Assembly (NCBI RefSeq): GCF_044704955.1
Contig: NC_091993.1
Span: 620,001 to 684,000, forward strand
DNA from: Pristiophorus japonicus
Taxonomy: Eukaryota
Direction: 5' to 3'
DNA length: 64,000 nt
Positions 58,166 through 64,000 of this stretch are shown piece after piece. Each line of letters starts with the position of its first letter. Position 1 is the stretch's first letter. Under the pieces are notes generated by a model, which saw only the letters and a program-made list of their open reading frames with translations, did not search any database and was not told the origin of the DNA. Both the position numbers and the translations under genes were made by a program.

Positions 58166-60201
58166 GGATGAACGTCAACAATTGTACATCCCTGTCTGGC
58201 GTAAAAATAAAATGGGGAAGGTGGCTCAACCATGGCTAACAAGGGAAATTAAGAATAGTGTTAACTCCAAGGAAGAGGCATATAAATTGGCCAAAAAAAG
58301 CAGCAAACCTGAGGACTGGGAAAAATTTAGAATTCAGCAGAGGAGGACAAAGGGTTTATTTAGGAGGGAGGAAATAGAATATGAGAGTAAGCTTGCAGGG
58401 AGCATAAAAACTGACTGCAAAAGCTTCTACAGATACGTGAAGGAAAAAAGATTAGTGAAGACAAATGTGGGTTCCTTGCAGTCAGAATCAGGTGAATTTA
58501 TAATGGGGAACAAAGAAATGGCAGACCAATTGAACAAATACTTTGGTTCTGCCTTCATTAAGGAAGACACAAATAACCTTCTGAAAATACTAGGGGACCG
58601 AGGGTCGAGCGAGAAGGAGGAACTGAAGGAAATCCTTATTAGTCAGCAAATTGTGTTAGGAAAATTGATGGGATTGAAGGCTGATAAATCCCCAGGTGCC
58701 TGATAGTCTGCATCCCAGAATATTTCAGGAAGTGGCCCTAGAAATAATGGATGCATTGGTGGTCATTTTCTAACATTCTATAGACCCTGGATCAGTTCCT
58801 ATGGTCTGGAGGGTAGCTAATGTAACCCCACTTTTTTAAAAAGGAGGGAAAGAGAAAACAGGGAATTATAGACCGGTCAGCCTGACATCGATGGTGGGGA
58901 AAATGCTGGAATCAATTATTAAAGATGTAATAGCAGCGCATTTGGAAAGCAGTGACAGGATCGGTCCAAGTCAGCATGGATTTATGAAAGGGAAATCATG
59001 CTTGACAAATCTTCTCGAATTCTTTGAGGATGTAACTAGTAGAGTGGACAAGGGAGAACCAGTGGATGTGGTGTATTTAGACTTTCAAAAGGCTTTTGAC
59101 AAGGTCTCACACAAGAGATCAGTGTGCAAAATTAAAGTACATGGTATTGGGGGTAATATACTGACATAGATAGAGAACTGATTGGCAGACAGGAAGCAAA
59201 GAGTCGGGATAAACGGGTCCTTTTCAGAATGGCAGGCAGTAACTAGTGGGGTACCGCAAGGTTCAGTGCTGGGACCCCAGCTATTTACAATATACATTAA
59301 TGATTTAGACGAAGGAATTGAATTTAATACCTCCAAGTTTGCAGATGACACTAAGCTGGGTGGCGGTGTGAACTGTGAGGAGGATGCTAAGAGGCTGCAG
59401 GGTGACTTGAACAGGTTAGGTGAGTGGGCAAATGCATGGCAGATGCGGTATAATGTAGATAAATGTGAGGTTATCCACTTTGGTGGTAAAAACAGGAAGG
59501 CAGGTTATTATCTGAATGGTGACAGATTACTAAAAGGGGAGGTGCAACGAGACGTGGGTGTCATGGTACATCAGTCATTGAAGGTTGGCATGCAGCCACA
59601 GCAGGCGGTGAAGAAGGCAAATGGCATGTTGGCCTTCATAGCGAGAGGATTTGAGTATAGGAGCAGGGAGGTCATACTGCAGTTGTACAGGGCCTTGGTG
59701 AGACCACACTTTGAATATTGTGTATAGTTTTGATCTCCTAATCTGAGGAAGGACATTCTTGCTATTGAGGGAGTGCAGCGAAGGTTCACCAGACTGATTC
59801 CCGGGATGGCAGGACTGACATATGAAGAAAAACTGGATCGACTGGGCTTATATTCAATGGAATTTAGAAGAATGAGAGGGGATCTCATAGAAACATATAA
59901 AATTCTGACGGGATTGGACAGGTTAGATGCAGGAAGAATGTTGCCGATGTTGGGGAAGTCCAGAACTAGGGATTAGCCATTTAGGACCGAGATGAGGAGA
60001 AACTTCTTCACTCAGAGTTGTGAACCTGTGGAATTCTCTACCACAGAAAGTTGTTGAGGCCAGTTCGTTAGATATATTCAAAAGGGTGTTAGATATGGCC
60101 CTTATGGCTAAAGGGATCAAGGGGTATGGAGAGAAAGCAGGAAAGGGCTACTGAGGTGCATGATCAACCATGGCCTACTCCTGCACCTATTTTCTATGTT
60201 T
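58166..60201 (+). mobile_element. 5'-truncated decayed CR1, same subfamily as the full-length copy
   Basis: Collinear with ORF2 from about 22582; multiple stops and frameshifts; ttctatgttt tail. Confidence 0.93.
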
Positions 60202-60261
60202 CACTACGTTAAGAATGCTATATAAATACAAGTTGTTGTTGTAGTTGTTGAAAAACGCCAC

Positions 60262-60630
60262 GCTGGTCGCCGATTGGAGTGTGGGCAGGAACTGTGGTGG
60301 GGCCCAGGTACAGCGGTGAATGTCCGGGGCAGAGGTGTGGAGAGAGATCGGGGCTCAGGAGCAATGTGATCGGGGCCCAGGAGAGGCGAGGGCCCAGGGG
60401 CAGCACGGGCCAGCCCACACTGCGATATGTGTGCGCACTAGGTCTGTGCAGCAGAGTTGGGTAATCCTTGCCACTGGACCCAGACCAAGCTCTGCCAAGC
60501 CCGTGTGGTGGCTGGTGTGCAACGGCCACCAAACGTTAAAAGAATCGACGCACAGGCATCTTCCACCCTTCAACATGTAGTTCTGGATCTGGAATATCAG
60601 GTCCTCATCGAAACACCTGTGAACTCATCC
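60262..60630 (+). mobile_element. Non-autonomous RTE-tailed element lacking its tail, fused to an internal CR1 piece (60631-60760)
   Basis: Core as in the other copies; followed by DWEVFKSQQRMTKKMIKKGKIDYESKLARNIKTDSK. Confidence 0.75.
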
Positions 60631-61764
60631 CGAGTGGGAGGACAGAAGATTGGGAAGTGTTTAAAAGCCAACAAAGAATGACTAAAAAAATGATTAAGAA
60701 AGGGAAGATAGACTATGAAAGTAAACTAGCACGAAATATAAAAACAGATAGCAAGAGTTACAAGGAACCGCCTAAAAAGGAGGAGGTTGACACTTAATGC
60801 TCTCAGGGTACCTGGTGATGAGTGATAACTATTGCCTTGGCAGCATCACCCACATCCCAAGAATAAATAAAAATGAAAGACTTGTCAAATGTCACCCTTT
60901 AGGATGGACAAATCTTCATATTATTGAAAAATATAACCCACTTTGATATATGTCACTGTCAAAAAATAGGCTCTAAATATTTAAATGGGTTTATGATCTG
61001 TATCAGAAATGTCACTCTATCATTTCCCCAGTGTCAACACCTCTGAATATAGCTCAGGACATAGAACACAGTGATACATAATGTAATGCTAATTTGCATC
61101 CATCCTACAAAGGCTAAATTACTCAGTCGAACAAAATGCAAAACTAAACCAATTATACCCCTGGCCTGCTTAACACCATTAGTCCGAAGTGTAAATAAGA
61201 TTATTTTTCCTGTAACACTTTTAGAATGAAGTGTTCGAGGAGCAGAGTAACTTGTCGTGCAACTCCAACCTTTAATCTTCAGTTGTTATCTGTTATGTAG
61301 TTCTCCATGAGTCCAATTAAAAGCACTCAGCACATACTTTTCACTGTATCAAAGAGTACAACTCAACTCAAATCCATAATAAGATATAATGAGTGACAGT
61401 GCACTTTATATATTCAACGACACAGCACCTAAGTTGTCTCCAAATTGATCCCGACATGAATAATTCACCTGTAATAGACACCTTCTCAGTTATTATGACT
61501 TTATTGAGCCCTATTATGTACCACAACTAATCCAAGATTTATTTATAACAAGGAGCCGCAATTTAAACCCCACCAGAATCTGAGGCTGGGAAATATTTAT
61601 TGTATAATCTCCAAGGGAATTCCCGACGATAGAGTCTTTTTTTGACAGTTTGCTTTTTTTTGCAATTTTTTTTGGTAGGAACTTTTTTAGCATGGAATAT
61701 GGAAGGAATGCATGCAGGACATTTGAGGGAGGAAGGTTAGGAGGATTGGTTAAACAGACTTGAG

Positions 61765-62100
61765 CTGAGGGAGCGCTGCACTGTCAGAGGTACCGTCTTT
61801 CGGATGAGATGTTAAAATAAGGCCCCGTCTGCCCTCTCAGGTGGCCGTAAAAGATTCCATGGCACTATTTCAAAGAGCAGGGGTGTTATCCCAGGTGTCC
61901 CGGCCAATATTTCTCCCTCAATCGACATAACAAAAAAACAAATTATCTGGTCGTTATCACATTACGGTTTGTGGGAGTTTGGTTGCCGAATTTCCCACAT
62001 TACAACGGTGACTACATTCCAAAAAGTACTTTATTGGCTGCAAAGTGCTATGGGATGCCCTGAGGCTGTGAAAGGCGCTATATAAATGCAAGTTCTTTCT
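61765..62100 (+). mobile_element. DeuSINE (headless)
   Basis: Deu core plus tail. Confidence 0.82.
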
Positions 62101-62617
62101 GTTTAGAAAGGTTGTGCCAGAGAGTTTGCAGGCCAACGTTGAGAGGGATCATCTATCAGATGAGAAGCATTTCATCGTTACGTGTATCCATTGCTTCATT
62201 AATGAATTGATGAAAGTCCTCAAACTTTAATGGTAATAGCCTTGAAATATATTTTTTACCGGAGGGCTCCAGTTTAGGAATTAGCGGCCCTGGTGCAGAG
62301 TTTCGTACAGCAGTAACGTGTGCTGGGAGCAGAACACGAGACACCGCCATTAAAACCCTCGCAACTCTTCTGGAAAATCTTGCGGGTCACAAAACACTCG
62401 AACTCCCGCTGGTCAGTCCGGGCTGGTGATGCTCCACGCTATATTGGAAAATTTACCCCGGCATCACTGGGGATTCCGGAAAATAGTAAGTTTCCTGGAT
62501 ATTTTTAAATCCTTTACTGCAATAAGCATGGGACTGGAATCCAATTGAAACGGTTCAATTAATTAGTAGGACATTTTTTCAGTGGGATCTTTTTCTTCGT
62601 GAGCAATGATGAAGGTG

Positions 62618-62948
62618 AAGATGAGATTTAATAGAGGTGTTCAAAATCATACAGGTTTTGATAGAGTAAAACTGTTTCCACTGGCAGAAGGGTCGGTAAC
62701 CAGAGGATGCAGATTTAAGATAACTGGCAAAAGAATCGAGGGAGATGAGAATTTATTTTACGCAGCGAGTTGTGATCTGGAATGCGCTGCCAGAAAGGAT
62801 GGTGGCAGATTCAGTCATAACTTTCAAAAGGGAATTGGATGAAAAGGAAAAATTTCTATGGGGAAATAGCGGGGGATAATTTAGATAACTCTTTCAAAGA
62901 GCCAGCACAGGTACAATGGGCCCAAAGGCCACCTCCTATGCTGTAAAA
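62618..62948 (+). mobile_element. Old CR1 3' fragment
   Basis: GFDRVKLFPLAEGSVTRG; 3' UTR. Confidence 0.7.
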
Positions 62949-63532
62949 TTGCATCGGTGCCAACCAATGAGATCAGACAGCTATAGACCCGATTTAAATA
63001 GGGTAAAGTCACTGATGCTGGTGATCTCTAACATTGTCTTTGACTCTTGCCCCGAGTGGCAATGCGAGATTGGTGAACTCATCTGTATAATGCAACATCA
63101 CTTAATGGTTAAAGAATGAATTCTGTGGGACTGAGTCTTGCTTGAATGTGTGGGGCCCTCTGCCTGGTGATGCCCTGCGGCCTAACGCTAACGGAAATAG
63201 GGGTGTCCGACGTCAATAAGACCATTTTTGCACTAGCGCTGTCCATGGTAGAAATTGCAATGCAGGAGGAGGAGGCTATTCAGTGTCGGTGGGGTAGGGG
63301 GGGAAGAGTGACATTACCAAGCTGGTGCTCAGTCTGTGGTGACAGCCGGTGATGTCGTGGGCGGGGGCGCAGTGAGACATTTAACGGCCAAAGTTCTCCC
63401 TGGCAGCAGTGCCTTGGAGATTCGTGCCCCATTCCAGGAGACACAGGAGAGCAGGAGTGCTCTTCCAGGATCCACAGATCCGACCTGGGCCTCTCCGACC
63501 CCTCCAATCAATGGGCACCAACCACCTCCGAC

Positions 63533-63643
63533 CAAGGGATATGGGGAGCGAGCGGGAAAGTGGAGTTGGGGTTGACGATCAGCCATGCTCTTATTGAATA
63601 GCGGAGCAGGCCCAACTCCTGCTCCTATTTCTTATGTTCTCAT
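63533..63643 (+). mobile_element. Short CR1 3' end within a GC-rich MITE-like region
   Basis: KGYGERAGKWS; ttcttatgttct. Confidence 0.75.
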
Positions 63644-64000
63644 GACCTCCAACCAACCTACCTTCAGCTCGGGAGGGCGGCTGGGCCGTGGGATATCGCC
63701 GCGGCCCAGATCGAGCGCGTAGCCCTGGAATGCTCGGACTCAGGCTGCAGCCCGCCATCCCAGTGTCCCTGAGACTCGACCCTCACAATGGGCCTGGGTC
63801 TCCCGACCGGAAGCCTCCCAGTGTATTCTGCTGGCCAGCTGCCCGAAGCCCCCTCTGTGGGAGTGGGTGGGATCGGCCCCCGTGACTTTGAGGCCCTCAA
63901 ATTAATTCACGTTCATTTAATGTTAAATTACAGAGCTTAATACCTCGCCGAAATACTTGAAAATCACGCATTGCGTGATATTTAACTGATATTTAACACG

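Overview
Repeat-dense non-coding vertebrate DNA, most likely from a cartilaginous fish (shark), judging by the shark-type 5S sequence, DeuSINE/SacSINE1-like SINEs and abundant CR1. I could not identify any host protein-coding gene; nearly all ORF-track entries are transposon fragments or noise. Main content: one apparently intact full-length CR1 LINE (20120-24696) with 83-bp 5' monomers, a Zn-finger/SGNH-esterase ORF1 and an APE-RT ORF2; a complete but decayed Harbinger transposon (50823-55234) with a DDE transposase and an intron-containing Myb/SANT gene; many truncated CR1, L2 and RTE LINEs, DeuSINEs and Harbinger/hAT-type MITEs; an RTE-tailed non-autonomous element (6 copies); a solo-LTR-like family (4 copies); a 5S rRNA retrocopy; and a minisatellite. 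Most notable: (1) a Tx1-clade LINE at the same site in two solo-LTR copies, while both empty copies have lost that site; (2) a 5S retrocopy with the same 3' terminus and TGTA target signature; (3) a U-UUA-AAC slippery heptamer plus a G4-like motif joining CR1 ORF1 to an ORF2 with no ATG before its endonuclease domain; (4) an identical CRE-N15-inverted-CCAAT module in the CR1 and the RTE-tailed element. Family names come from recall of motifs, not database searches, and boundaries of decayed repeats are approximate.
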